Source: Clostridiales bacterium (GTDB lineage Bacteria; Bacillota; Peptococcia; DRI-13; UBA5745). Taken from it: a stretch of 64,000 bases of DNA. Under the pieces are notes generated by a model, which did no database searches, had not been told where the DNA came from, and saw nothing but the letters and a program-made list of their open reading frames with translations. Made by a program: the position numbers and the translations under genes. Each line of letters begins with the position of its first letter. Within the stretch, counting starts at the first letter, position 1. Location of the stretch: the NCBI GenBank assembly GCA_038562165.1, contig JBCFAO010000019.1:995-64994 (forward strand). Reading direction: 5' to 3'. Below, piece by piece: positions 7,961 through 18,230 of this stretch.

Positions 7961-10051
7961 ATGTTTATGGAAAGAATAAGCACTGAAAACAGGATACAAC
8001 GTTTAGATAACCTGACAGCCAACCAAATTGCTGCCGGTGAGGTCATTGAGCGGCCGGTTTCCGTAGTGAAGGAGCTGGTGGAAAACGCCATTGATGCCGG
8101 CAGCACTAAAATCAAAATCGAGATTCGGGAGGGCGGACTCTCTTTGATCCGCATTATCGACAATGGCAGCGGCATCCCCGTCCAGGACCTGCCTTTAGCT
8201 GTGGAACGCCACGCCACCAGCAAACTGCGGCAGATTCAGGACCTGGATGATTTGACGACACTGGGGTTTAGAGGCGAAGCCTTAGCCAGTATAGCTTCCG
8301 TAGCAGCCTTGGAAATCATCACCCGCAAAACCGGGGAGATTCAAGGCCACTGCCTGCGGGTCAAAGGCGAGGAGGAAGAGCCGGTTATCAGCAAAGCCGG
8401 TTGTCCCGAAGGCACCAGCATTACGGTGGAGCATCTGTTCTTCAACACGCCGGCCCGCTTGAAGTTTATGAAAACTCCCGGCTATGAGGGCGGTTTGATC
8501 CATGACCTGATCACGCAGCTTGCCCTGGGCTATCCGGCCATCGATTTCCGGCTGGAAAACCAGGGCAAAATGATCCTGGATACTGCCGGTATCAACAACA
8601 CCGAAGACCTGGTGGAGCTTTTTTACGGCAAGGAGGCCAGACAAGCTCTGGTCCCCCTCGAATCAGCGGTTTCCAAAGGCCGGCTCAGGGGCTGGATTAC
8701 GGCGCCGCCTTACAGCCGGGGTACCAGGAAAGGTTTTCACGTCTACGTCAACGGCCGCCGCATCTCCGTAAAAGATATGCAGTGGTCCATTGAACGGGCT
8801 TTTGAGTATGTGCTGCCCAAAGGCCGCTTTCCCCTGGCTATATTGGCTTTTCAGTTGCCGGGAGAGCTGCTGGACGTCAATGTTCATCCCGGTAAGTTGG
8901 AGATCCGAATTAATGACCCGGATTTAAATCCCTCCATTACCAGGGTTTTAAGAACGGCTATCTCCGGCGGCCAGTTGCTGCCGGACGCCGGCAAGCTGGG
9001 CATGGCGGCAGGAATCGGCAACTCCCCAATTGCCCAGTCCGCTAAAAACGATTCCGTGGCTGCCGGGACTGCTCAGGGCGGTCCAGGATTCTTCTCCGGC
9101 AGTTCGGCTGCCAAATTCGGCGGGGGCCAAATCAGCTTTGCCCAACCGGTACGCCAATGGGAGACTTTATATAGCTTTACTGCCGAAGGGGAAGACCAGC
9201 TAAACCGGCTGGTTGACGCCAATGCTTTCAGCCTGTCCGAAGAGCCCGCCGGCTTAAAACCGGCGGATTTAGAAGCTGCAAGCTTAGCATCTCCACAATC
9301 AGCGTATGCCGCCGCAGAAAGCCAGGACGATAGGGCGGAAAGCGCAAATCTATTTGCCGGCCTTGAGGAAAAGACAGCAGGGCTTTTGCCGGGCCAGTGG
9401 GGTGTTAGCTCCCACAACAAAAGTATGCAAGCCCTGGCTGCCGACTGGCGGCGGGAAGACTTTTTTTTCGGCCCCGATGTGGAATTCACCATTATCGGCC
9501 AGCTCCATGCCACCTTTATTTTAGCGGAAGTCAAAGCCGGCCTTTTGGTGGTAGACCAGCATGTGGCCCACGAGCGCATCATCTACGAGCGGCTTTTGAC
9601 CAAATCCCGGCAGAAAGAGACTGCAGCTCAAATGCTGATGCAGCCCATATCCTTAAGTCTAACTACCGGTGAAGAAGAAGTATTAATCCGCCATATTTTG
9701 CTGCTTAATGACCTGGGCCTGATCGTAGAGCGTTTCGGCCCCCGTCAATACGTGCTGCGCTCCGTACCGGCAGGGCAAACTATGGATCAGTCTATGTTTC
9801 GGGAGCTTTTGGAGAAGCTGGCAGAAGGAGGTGGCGGCAATGATCTGGAGCAGGCCAAACAAGCCTTGTTGATCATGGCCTCCTGCAAAAGCGCAGTAAA
9901 AGCCAATACGGTTCTCAGCCGGCAGGAAATGGCGGCTCTGCTGGGAGGCTTGCAGCAAACCTGCCATCCAATGACCTGCCCCCATGGCCGGCCCATTATG
10001 TATTTATTGCCTTACCACCGCCTGATTCAGGCTTTTGGGCGCTCCTCCTGA
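7961..10051 (+). CDS. mutL: DNA mismatch repair endonuclease MutL
   Basis: GHKL ATPase motifs are present (ANQIAAGEVIERP, ELVENAIDAG, GFRGEALASI). The C-terminal dimerisation domain is also present. Confidence 0.95.
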   Translation: MFMERISTENRIQRLDNLTANQIAAGEVIERPVSVVKELVENAIDAGSTKIKIEIREGGLSLIRIIDNGSGIPVQDLPLAVERHATSKLRQIQDLDDLTTLGFRGEALASIASVAALEIITRKTGEIQGHCLRVKGEEEEPVISKAGCPEGTSITVEHLFFNTPARLKFMKTPGYEGGLIHDLITQLALGYPAIDFRLENQGKMILDTAGINNTEDLVELFYGKEARQALVPLESAVSKGRLRGWITAPPYSRGTRKGFHVYVNGRRISVKDMQWSIERAFEYVLPKGRFPLAILAFQLPGELLDVNVHPGKLEIRINDPDLNPSITRVLRTAISGGQLLPDAGKLGMAAGIGNSPIAQSAKNDSVAAGTAQGGPGFFSGSSAAKFGGGQISFAQPVRQWETLYSFTAEGEDQLNRLVDANAFSLSEEPAGLKPADLEAASLASPQSAYAAAESQDDRAESANLFAGLEEKTAGLLPGQWGVSSHNKSMQALAADWRREDFFFGPDVEFTIIGQLHATFILAEVKAGLLVVDQHVAHERIIYERLLTKSRQKETAAQMLMQPISLSLTTGEEEVLIRHILLLNDLGLIVERFGPRQYVLRSVPAGQTMDQSMFRELLEKLAEGGGGNDLEQAKQALLIMASCKSAVKANTVLSRQEMAALLGGLQQTCHPMTCPHGRPIMYLLPYHRLIQAFGRSS

Positions 10052-10869
10052 TGCCGGGCTATCGTTGGGGAATGACCACCAGCACCAAAAGCGGCAGAGA
10101 CCAGGTAGAAAAAGCCCTGGAGCTGGCAGGCCGCTATAATGTACCCTATGTGCCCCGGGAACACTTAAGCCTCAGTCATCTAAAAGCGGACCGGGGTCTG
10201 GACTATCTGCTTACCCTGGACAGGGATTGCCATTTGTTTATGGAAGAACCGCCTCTGCATTGGCATCCCTCTATGGCCATACCCAGGCTGCGCCAGATAG
10301 CGGCAGGCAAACCGGATATCTTCTTAACTGCGGCGGGGCTGACTTCCGGCCAGCAGGTCCTTGACTGTACCCTGGGCCTGGCTGCCGACGCTTTGGTAGC
10401 CGCCTGGGCTGTAGGGGAAGAAGGAAAGGTGCTGGGGCTTGAAGCATCGCCAATTATCGCTGCCATTACCGATTGGGGCTTACGGCGGGAAACGCCGCAA
10501 TTTGACAGCAAAAAAACGCCTCTTGTGGCTATAGCCCGCCGAATCAGCGTGCTGTCTGCAGAGGCTTTGGATTATTTACGCTGCCAGGAGGCAGATAGCT
10601 GGGACGTCGTCTATTTCGATCCCATGTTTCGGGCCGCCAACCATCAATCCTCCAGCATCAATAGCTTGCGGCCTGTGGCCTGCTACGCTCCTTTTAATCA
10701 GCAGGTTCTGACCGAGGCTTTGCGGGTTTGCCGCCGGCAGGTTATTTTAAAAGAACGCTGGTTTTCGCCGCTTTTTAAAAAATTAGAAGTCACCCGGCTG
10801 GAGAAAACAAAATATGGCCCTGTGGCTTACGGTATCTGGGAAAAGAAAGGTATAGCCCATGACAAATAA
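10051..10869 (+). CDS. Class I SAM-dependent methyltransferase, RsmJ-like (DUF548 type)
   Basis: VLDCTLGLAADALVAA (SAM-binding loop) and VVYFDPMF motifs. Confidence 0.7.
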   Translation: MPGYRWGMTTSTKSGRDQVEKALELAGRYNVPYVPREHLSLSHLKADRGLDYLLTLDRDCHLFMEEPPLHWHPSMAIPRLRQIAAGKPDIFLTAAGLTSGQQVLDCTLGLAADALVAAWAVGEEGKVLGLEASPIIAAITDWGLRRETPQFDSKKTPLVAIARRISVLSAEALDYLRCQEADSWDVVYFDPMFRAANHQSSSINSLRPVACYAPFNQQVLTEALRVCRRQVILKERWFSPLFKKLEVTRLEKTKYGPVAYGIWEKKGIAHDK

Positions 10870-11998
10870 AGCCTTAAAAAAAGTGATTGCCGTAGTTGGC
10901 CCCACGGCCTCCGGCAAATCCGGCCTGGCCGTCAATTTAGCCAAGGCCCTGGATGGAGAAATCATCTCCGGTGATTCCATGCAGATTTATAAGGGCATGG
11001 ATATTGGCACGGCCAAGGTAACCCGGGAAGAGTGCCAAGGTATTGCCCATCATCTGCTGGATTTACGGCTGCCTGCGGAATCTTTCAGCGCGGCGGAATA
11101 TCAAAAATTGGCCCGTGCCTGTATTGCAGACATTTTTCACCGGGGTAAAACGCCTATTCTGGCAGGAGGCACCGGCTTATATATCGACAGCGCCTTATAT
11201 AATTATGAATATAACAAAGAAGAGGGGGAAGAGGCTGAAGCTAATTCTTTACGGGAAGCTTTAAGAGTTGAGGCCGCAAAACTTGGTACCATTGAATTAT
11301 GGCAGAAGCTGTACCAGGTTGATCCCCAGTCGGCAAAACGCCTCCATCCCAACGATACCAAACGTATAATCAGAGCCTTGGAGTACGAAAAGCTCCATGG
11401 CAAACCGATTTCCGAAAATGTCCAGGCTTATAAAGCGCCCCGGCTAATCTATCCCACTATTTTTTTTGGCTTAACTATGTTTCGTCAGGAGTTGTATCAG
11501 CGGATTAATCTGCGGGTTGACCAAATGACGGCGGCAGGATTGGCGGCAGAGGTTCTTGCTTTACAAAAAGAAGGTTTAAAACTGGACAGCCAGGCAGGTC
11601 AGGCCATCGGTTATAAACAATTATTGCTTTTTCTGGAAGGCACATATACTTTAGAAGAAGCTATAGAGGCCATAAAACAGGAAAGCCGCCGCTATGCCAA
11701 GCGGCAGCTAACCTGGTTTCGCCGTAATCCTCATATTTTTTGGCTGGACGGCAAAAAAATGCAGGAAGAAAGAAGCGCAGAGATATTAGCAGCATTTCTT
11801 CAAGAGAGGGAAGGAGTAAGCGAGAGCACCGAGGAAGGATCAGGCTGGGGTTCAGATAAGATCAGAGACTTTCTTCATCAAATGGGAATGGCTTTCCTGG
11901 ATCATATTGGAACCGCCAAGAATCATTTGGGCAACGCCAAATCCGGCAATACTAAAACCGATGCGGCCGCCGATCAAAGCGCCTGCCCCGGTGATTAA
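10859..11998 (+). CDS. miaA: tRNA dimethylallyltransferase MiaA (with an approximately 60-aa C-terminal extension)
   Basis: P-loop GPTASGKS. The conserved tail RQLTWFRR ends near codon 290. The ORF nevertheless stays open to 11998. Confidence 0.92.
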   Translation: MTNKALKKVIAVVGPTASGKSGLAVNLAKALDGEIISGDSMQIYKGMDIGTAKVTREECQGIAHHLLDLRLPAESFSAAEYQKLARACIADIFHRGKTPILAGGTGLYIDSALYNYEYNKEEGEEAEANSLREALRVEAAKLGTIELWQKLYQVDPQSAKRLHPNDTKRIIRALEYEKLHGKPISENVQAYKAPRLIYPTIFFGLTMFRQELYQRINLRVDQMTAAGLAAEVLALQKEGLKLDSQAGQAIGYKQLLLFLEGTYTLEEAIEAIKQESRRYAKRQLTWFRRNPHIFWLDGKKMQEERSAEILAAFLQEREGVSESTEEGSGWGSDKIRDFLHQMGMAFLDHIGTAKNHLGNAKSGNTKTDAAADQSACPGD

Positions 11999-12049
11999 AG
12001 CCCCGGTACCTAAAGCCGATTTGCTGGCCCTGTTTAAAGATCTTTTCAT
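11852..12049 (-). CDS. Small (65 aa) glycine-zipper membrane protein candidate, antisense to the miaA 3' end
   Basis: A strong SD GGAGGTG lies 7 nt upstream of ATG 12049. TGgCATACT, an extended -10-like element, lies further upstream. The sequence GTGALITGAGALIGGRIGFSIAGFGVA has GxxxG repeats. Confidence 0.45.
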   Translation of the reverse strand: MKRSLNRASKSALGTGALITGAGALIGGRIGFSIAGFGVAQMILGGSNMIQESHSHLMKKVSDLI

Positions 12050-12142
12050 TTTGTTATCACCTCCGTTTTTTAGTATGCCACAGTCATCCCCGGCTATGCC
12101 GGATTTAAATGGCGAAATTCATTAATCGTAAAAGGAGTACCC

Positions 12143-13561
12143 ATGACAGATATTCGTGAAATTTTGGATAACCTGGAAAACAATAACGCAGAAGAAGAGC
12201 AGCTTTTGCTTGAGAAAAATCTTTTAGCTGATGAGGCTCTTTGGCCTGATCAAAAAAGAAGCAGAAGCCTCCATATTGTAGAAAATACTGAGCCGGAAAG
12301 AGTTCTGCTTTTGGGTTTAAGCAACCACCGCAGTCCCGGCGAGCTTGATCCTCAAGCTTCTCTCCAGGAATTGGCCGGTTTGACGGAAACTGCCGGCGGC
12401 TTGGTTATTCATAGCCTAATGGCCAACCGGGACCGGCCTGATCCCGCCCATTATTTTGGCAAAGGCAAATTGGAAGAAATCAAAGATTTGATTGCAGAAA
12501 AAGTTATTGATCTGGTTATCATTGACGACGAGCTTTCCGTCCGGCAGCAAAACCAATTGGATCAGCGGCTGCCTTGCCGGGTTATTGACCGGACGGCATT
12601 AATTTTACAAATTTTTGCGGATCACGCCCACACCAGAGAAGGAAAATTGCAGATTGAGCTGGCTCAGCTCAGCTATTTGCTGCCCCGTCTCAGCGGCAAA
12701 GGCAAAGAGCTGTCCCGTCTGGGCGGCGGCATCGGTACCCGGGGCCCCGGTGAAAGCCAGTTGGAAAAAGACCGGCGCCATATTCGCCAGCGCATAGATA
12801 ATCTTAAAAGCGAAATCGAACAGATCCGACGCCAGCGGATGGTCAACCGGGGCCGGCGGGAGAAAAACCAGGTGCCGGTATTGGCCCTGGTAGGCTATAC
12901 CAATGCCGGCAAATCCTCATTGCTCAATACGCTGACCGACGCCGGCGTCAAGGCGGAGGATAAGCTGTTTGCTACCCTTGATCCTACAACCCGGCGCTTC
13001 CGGCTGGAGGAAACGGAAGTGCTGCTCACGGACACCGTAGGCTTCATCCAGCAACTGCCCCATTCCTTGATCAGCGCTTTTCGGGCTACTCTGGAAGAGG
13101 CTATCTATGCCGATGTCCTTATTCATGTGGCCGACAGTTCCCATAAGGATCTGCCCGGCCAGATCAAAACCGTCCACCGGGTACTGGAAGAGGTGGGCTG
13201 TGAAGAAAAGCCCATGATCCATGTTTTCAATAAAATCGATTTATTGCCGGATCCTTTGGATGTTCAGCATTACTTGTCGGATTACCAGCCGGCGGTGATG
13301 ATATCCGCCAAAACCGGCGAGGGTATAGACCAACTGAAAAAACTGCTGTCCCAGCATTTACCTCAACCTTTAGTCACAAAACAATTCGTTTTAAGCCAGG
13401 ATCAGGGCGGTTTGCTGAACCGCTTTTATCAATTGGGCAGCGTCAGCCAGGTTAATTATGAAGCGGACCGGATTACCGGCACCGTTATTTTGCCCAAACA
13501 TCAGGCGGAACAGTACCGCCAATATCTGACTGAGGATGAAATCAATGACCAACAGCAATAG
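12143..13561 (+). CDS. hflX: GTPase HflX
   Basis: G1 motif GYTNAGKSSL and G3 motif DTVGF. An HflX N-domain is present. SD AAAGGAG. Confidence 0.93.
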   Translation: MTDIREILDNLENNNAEEEQLLLEKNLLADEALWPDQKRSRSLHIVENTEPERVLLLGLSNHRSPGELDPQASLQELAGLTETAGGLVIHSLMANRDRPDPAHYFGKGKLEEIKDLIAEKVIDLVIIDDELSVRQQNQLDQRLPCRVIDRTALILQIFADHAHTREGKLQIELAQLSYLLPRLSGKGKELSRLGGGIGTRGPGESQLEKDRRHIRQRIDNLKSEIEQIRRQRMVNRGRREKNQVPVLALVGYTNAGKSSLLNTLTDAGVKAEDKLFATLDPTTRRFRLEETEVLLTDTVGFIQQLPHSLISAFRATLEEAIYADVLIHVADSSHKDLPGQIKTVHRVLEEVGCEEKPMIHVFNKIDLLPDPLDVQHYLSDYQPAVMISAKTGEGIDQLKKLLSQHLPQPLVTKQFVLSQDQGGLLNRFYQLGSVSQVNYEADRITGTVILPKHQAEQYRQYLTEDEINDQQQ

Positions 13562-14909
13562 TTTTAACAGCGATCCCAACAGCCGGCTCCGGCATTTTTT
13601 GCAGCAGACTTATCAAGTGCCGGAGCATTTAATTCTGGAATTGGAAAAAGCGGAAGTTGCTTTGCAGGCGGAATTCGCTTCCATAGAGAGCAGAGTTTAT
13701 TATAATCTAGCCAGGCTGCTGCATATTTTTCAAAAAAACGGCATAACGGATTTTCATCTCAACGGTTCCACCGGTTACGGCTATGGTGATGTGGGCCGGG
13801 ATGCCCTGGAAGCTATTTTTGCCGAATATTTCGGCGGCGAGGCGGCTTTAGTCAGGAGCCAGATTCTTTCCGGCACCCATGCCCTGGCTTTAGGCTTATA
13901 CGGCAATTTGCGGCCGGGCCAGGAGCTGATCAGCGCCGCCGGCAAGCCTTACGATACTTTGCTTAAAGTCATCGGCTTAGGAGGCGAGGCTGATTCTTTG
14001 CTGGATCTGGGCGTGACTTATCAAGAAATACCCTTAAGAAGCGAAAGGCCAAATCTAGCTGACGGCCAGGAGGCCACCGGCAGTGTCATCGACCTGCCCC
14101 GGCTTTTAGAGGCCATCAATGAAAAAACAAAAATGGTTTTACTGCAGCGGTCAAAGGGTTATCAGTGGCGGCCTTCCCTAACCATCGCGGAGCTAAAGGA
14201 GGTCATCGCAGCCATCAAAGCCAAGGGGCCTGATGTGATCTGTCTGGTGGATAATTGCTACTGTGAAATGGTGGAGACAGAAGAGCCGGGACATATAGGG
14301 GCGGATCTGGTTATCGGCTCCCTGATCAAAAACCCCGGTGGTACTCTGGCTCCTGCCGGCGGTTACCTTGCCGGAAAAAAAGCTTATGTGGAAGCTGCCG
14401 CCCGAAGGCTGTCGGCTCCCGGCTTGGGTAAAGATTTAGGGGCTTCTTTAGGTTTTAACCGCCTGGCCTTTCAGGGTTTCTTTCAAGCCCCCCATACCGT
14501 AGGCCAGTCCCTTAAAGGCGCCCTTTTGGCCGCCGCTCTTTTTCAGGGGCTGGGCTATGAAGTGCTGCCGGCCGCCCTTGAAACCTCCGGTTCGGCCGGC
14601 GGGGCGGTTCAAAGAGCCGACATTGTTCAGGCCATCAAGCTGGGAGACAGCCAGAAGCTGGTTCGTTTCTGTCAGGCCATCCAGCAGGCCTGCCCTCTGG
14701 ACAGCACCTTCTTGCCGGAGCCGGACCTGCTGCCGGGCTACGACCACCCGGTGGTAATGGCCGGCGGCGGCTTCATCCAAGGCTCCTCCAGCGAGCTCAG
14801 CGCCGACGGCCCTTTACGTCCTCCATATATAGCATATCTTCAAGGAGGCTTTTCCCTGGCTCAAATACGGCTGGGACTTCTCTTAGCGGCAAAAGCACTT
14901 GTCATGTAA
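13536..14909 (+). CDS. ynbB: YnbB-like PLP-dependent protein (methionine gamma-lyase / aluminium-resistance family)
   Basis: Family-typical length and sequence. It sits directly downstream of hflX, as in Bacillus. Confidence 0.75.
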   Translation: MKSMTNSNSFNSDPNSRLRHFLQQTYQVPEHLILELEKAEVALQAEFASIESRVYYNLARLLHIFQKNGITDFHLNGSTGYGYGDVGRDALEAIFAEYFGGEAALVRSQILSGTHALALGLYGNLRPGQELISAAGKPYDTLLKVIGLGGEADSLLDLGVTYQEIPLRSERPNLADGQEATGSVIDLPRLLEAINEKTKMVLLQRSKGYQWRPSLTIAELKEVIAAIKAKGPDVICLVDNCYCEMVETEEPGHIGADLVIGSLIKNPGGTLAPAGGYLAGKKAYVEAAARRLSAPGLGKDLGASLGFNRLAFQGFFQAPHTVGQSLKGALLAAALFQGLGYEVLPAALETSGSAGGAVQRADIVQAIKLGDSQKLVRFCQAIQQACPLDSTFLPEPDLLPGYDHPVVMAGGGFIQGSSSELSADGPLRPPYIAYLQGGFSLAQIRLGLLLAAKALVM

Positions 14910-14949
14910 TGTATCTAGTGGTAATATATACAGATAAAGCCTCATCTCT

Positions 14950-15160
14950 CCCGAGATGAGGTAGAGGTTGCGGATGGCAAGATTACTCCCGGGAGCCGGC
15001 AGGCGTTGAATGGGAGGAAAGGGTCACCCGCCGAAGTCAGGGCTTGGCAAAGCCCCGGGCTGGGACTGCATTGAATAAGTGCAGGACTGTCACCATTATC
15101 AACGTCACTCTCCGCAAGGAGGGTGTGGATTGAAAGGTGGAGCACTATCTCATCAGAATA
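14950..15160 (+). promoter_or_regulatory. Lysine riboswitch (L-box)
   Basis: The conserved blocks occur in order: GGTAGAGGTTGCG, GGGAG, TGGGAGGAAAGGG, CGCCGAAG, GGGCTGGGACTG, GGTGGAGCACTATC. It lies directly upstream of lysA. Confidence 0.85.
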
Positions 15161-15179
15161 AAAAAAGGAGAGGAACCTA

Positions 15180-16556
15180 ATGAAAAGACACGGTACAATG
15201 ACAGTAAATGAAGATGGCCATCTGGTCATCGGCGGTTGTGATACGGTGGAGCTGGTCAAGGAGTTTGGCAGCCCTCTGTACGTCATGGATGAAGATCTGC
15301 TGCGGCAAAACTGCCGGGCCTTTCACAAAGCTTTTATTGAGGGGATTCCCGGCGGCGAAGTGGCATACGCCAGCAAGGCTTTTTGCTGCCTGGCTATGTT
15401 AAGGCTGGCGGCTCAGGAGGATTTGGGTATCGACGTGGTATCCTCCGGCGAGCTTTACACGGCTTTAGCTGCAGGAGCCGATCCTTCCCGCATCGATTTC
15501 AACGGCAACAACAAGACCCCCGACGAAATCCGCTATGCCTTGGAAAACCGGGTAGGCCGGATTATCGTGGATAATTTTACGGAGATTCAGTTGATTGACG
15601 AGATTGCCGGCAGCATGGGCCTAAGGCCTATGGTACTTTTGCGGGTACAGCCCGGCATTGAAGCCCATACTCATGAGTATATTCAAACCGGCAAGATCGA
15701 TTCCAAATTTGGCCTCAGCATTTCTACAGGCCAGGCTATGGAGGCTCTGCATCTGATGCATGCCAAGGAGCACATGGAGCTGGTTGGTATCCAGTGCCAC
15801 ATCGGCTCTCAGGTTTTTGAGGTGGAATCCTTTGCTCAGACCGCCAGGATCATGGCTTCCTTTATGGCCTATGCCAGCGACAATTTAGGTTTTCATTTGC
15901 CTGAGATCAACTTAGGCGGCGGCTTCGGCGTTTATTACCGGGAAGGCGATACGCCGGTGACTCCCGCTGATTTTGCCAAGGCCATTTACGAAGCCTTACA
16001 GGAAGAGCTGGCCCGCCACAATCACCCCATGCCCCGGCGGATTTCCATCGAGCCGGGCCGGGCCATTGTGGGCAACGCCGGCACTACTCTATATACCGTA
16101 GGCTCCATCAAGACCATTCCCCGGGTTCGTACTTACGTGGCTATAGACGGCGGCATGGGAGATAATCCCCGGCCGGCTTTATATCAAGCCAAGTACGAAA
16201 TGTGCCTGGCCAACAAGATGACGGCGGCCAATCAGATTGTGGCCTCCGTAGCCGGCAAGTGCTGTGAGTCCGGCGACATGCTGCTTTGGGATGCTTCCAT
16301 GCCCTGGGTGGAAACCGGCGATATCCTGGCCATCTCCACCACCGGTGCCTACAATTATTCCATGGCCAGCAATTACAACCGTATTGCCAAGCCAGCCGTA
16401 GTTATGGTTTCCGGCGGCAAGGCCCATATTATTGTCAAGAGAGAAACCTTTGAGGACATTGTCCGCAACGACCTCATACCTGAGCATTTGCTTTGGGATC
16501 ACGGCCACCAATGGCAGAAGCTCACATTACCGAAGGGACAGGTGCCTGTTGATTAA
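15180..16556 (+). CDS. lysA: Diaminopimelate decarboxylase LysA
   Basis: Orn/DAP/Arg decarboxylase family 2 sequence, including YASKAF and CESGD motifs. It is preceded by the L-box. Confidence 0.93.
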   Translation: MKRHGTMTVNEDGHLVIGGCDTVELVKEFGSPLYVMDEDLLRQNCRAFHKAFIEGIPGGEVAYASKAFCCLAMLRLAAQEDLGIDVVSSGELYTALAAGADPSRIDFNGNNKTPDEIRYALENRVGRIIVDNFTEIQLIDEIAGSMGLRPMVLLRVQPGIEAHTHEYIQTGKIDSKFGLSISTGQAMEALHLMHAKEHMELVGIQCHIGSQVFEVESFAQTARIMASFMAYASDNLGFHLPEINLGGGFGVYYREGDTPVTPADFAKAIYEALQEELARHNHPMPRRISIEPGRAIVGNAGTTLYTVGSIKTIPRVRTYVAIDGGMGDNPRPALYQAKYEMCLANKMTAANQIVASVAGKCCESGDMLLWDASMPWVETGDILAISTTGAYNYSMASNYNRIAKPAVVMVSGGKAHIIVKRETFEDIVRNDLIPEHLLWDHGHQWQKLTLPKGQVPVD

Positions 16557-17181
16557 TTTTGCTTTTAGTGATTTGCTGTTCATTTTACCGGCAATCATTA
16601 TTTCCTTATCGTTTCACGAGTTTTCCCATGCTTTTTCCGCTTATCAATTAGGGGACAGCACGGCCAAGAATGCTGGCCGTCTGTCTCTTAATCCTCTGCG
16701 CCATATTGATCCCATAGGCCTTTTGGCTTTGATGTTCTTTCGTTTTGGCTGGGCTAAGCCCGTACCGGTAAATCCCTACCAATTTCGCAATGTGGACGAA
16801 AAAACCGGCATGCTGCTTACGGCCTTGGCAGGGCCAATGTCCAATGTTCTGCTGTGTTTTATCGGCGTAGGCGTGTTCACCTTTATACCTGACTATTTCC
16901 TCTACACCATGCCCTGGCTTTACCGATTTTTAGTCTATTTCTGCTCCATTAACGCCAGCCTGGCTTTCTTTAATTTAATCCCCGTGCCGCCTTTAGACGG
17001 CTCCAAAATCCTTTTCGGCCTTTTGCCCGACCGCTTTTATCATGGTGCTCAGGTCGTGGAGCAATATGGCTTTGTTATCTTATTGCTGCTGATATTCGGC
17101 AACGTCCCTTCAAGAATCATCGGCCCTCTTTCCAACGGCCTGGTCAATAGCTTTGTAAAATTATTCAGCTTATTTAATTAA
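16549..17181 (+). CDS. M50-family (site-2 protease-like) zinc metalloprotease
   Basis: HEFSHA (HExxH) and NLIPVPPLDGSK motifs. The start is probably TTG 16549, overlapping the lysA stop. The ORF-track start at 16432 lies inside lysA. Confidence 0.8.
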   Translation: MINFAFSDLLFILPAIIISLSFHEFSHAFSAYQLGDSTAKNAGRLSLNPLRHIDPIGLLALMFFRFGWAKPVPVNPYQFRNVDEKTGMLLTALAGPMSNVLLCFIGVGVFTFIPDYFLYTMPWLYRFLVYFCSINASLAFFNLIPVPPLDGSKILFGLLPDRFYHGAQVVEQYGFVILLLLIFGNVPSRIIGPLSNGLVNSFVKLFSLFN

Positions 17182-17207
17182 CGAACTCATCTAAGGGAGG
17201 AACATCC

Positions 17208-18200
17208 ATGTCACAAAAAAAAGGCATTATCTTGAGCGGTATGCGGCCCACAGGCCAATTGCACATTGGCCATCTCAGCGTCCTGGAGAACTGGGCCTTA
17301 TTACAGCAGGATTATCAATGCTTCTATATGGTGGCAGATTGGCATGCGCTGACCAGCGATTATGACGATACCTCCCGCCTTGACGGCTTCCGTCAGACTA
17401 TGCTTCTGGACTGGCTGGCTGCCGGCCTGGATCCTCAGCAATCTTCCATATTTATTCAATCTCATGTCAAAGCTCACGCCGAATTAACCCTGCTTTTGGG
17501 CATGAATGTGCCCTTGCCTTGGCTGGAAAGAGTTCCTACCTACAAGGATCAGATTGAGCAGTTGGGCAAACAGGGCAAAGATATCAATACCTACGGTTTT
17601 CTGGGTTATCCCCTCTTAATGGCGGCAGACATCCTGGTTTACCGGGCTAATCTGGTGCCCGTAGGGGAGGATCAGGGAGCTCATCTTGAATTTTCCCGGG
17701 AGCTGGTCCGCCGCTTCCATCATCTGTACAATACCGAAATTTTCCCGGAGCCCCAGCCCAAATACGCCAAGATTGCCTCGCTGCCCGGCATTGACGGCAG
17801 GAAAATGAGCAAAAGCTACCACAACGACATCGCCCTCAGCGCCACCACGGCGGAAATTACCGAAAAGGTGAGAAACATGGTGACGGACCCTGCCCGTATC
17901 AAGAAAACAGATCCGGGCCATCCCGAAGTCTGCGTGGTCTACAAATACCATACCATCTATAACGAAGCCGCCGTACCGGAGATTCAAGAGGCCTGCCGCC
18001 AGGGCCAAATCGGCTGCGTAGAGTGCAAAAAACGGCTTGCCGCCATCATCGACGCCAAGCTGGCTCCCATCCGGGAAAGGCGGGAAACTTTTGCCCAAAA
18101 CCCGGGGCTTTTGGCGGAGGTTATTGCCGAAGGCGACGCCAAGGCCAACCGGCAAGCGGAAGAAACCATGGCTTTAGTCAGAAAGGCCATGAATATTTGA
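17208..18200 (+). CDS. trpS: Tryptophan--tRNA ligase
   Basis: The HIGH-type motif is LHIGHL and a KMSKS motif is present. SD AAGGGAGG. Confidence 0.94.
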   Translation: MSQKKGIILSGMRPTGQLHIGHLSVLENWALLQQDYQCFYMVADWHALTSDYDDTSRLDGFRQTMLLDWLAAGLDPQQSSIFIQSHVKAHAELTLLLGMNVPLPWLERVPTYKDQIEQLGKQGKDINTYGFLGYPLLMAADILVYRANLVPVGEDQGAHLEFSRELVRRFHHLYNTEIFPEPQPKYAKIASLPGIDGRKMSKSYHNDIALSATTAEITEKVRNMVTDPARIKKTDPGHPEVCVVYKYHTIYNEAAVPEIQEACRQGQIGCVECKKRLAAIIDAKLAPIRERRETFAQNPGLLAEVIAEGDAKANRQAEETMALVRKAMNI

Positions 18201-18230
18201 TCATAAACATTTAATCGTAAAGAGGCGAAC

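Noticed and set aside
11999-12142. An hfq gene expected between miaA and hflX.
   Set aside because: No frame in this 144-nt gap or its surroundings encodes an Sm-like protein. Its absence is reported as a finding rather than a feature.
17182-17207. A T-box leader upstream of trpS.
   Set aside because: The intergenic gap is only 26 nt, so trpS appears co-transcribed with the M50 protease gene. There is no room for a T-box.
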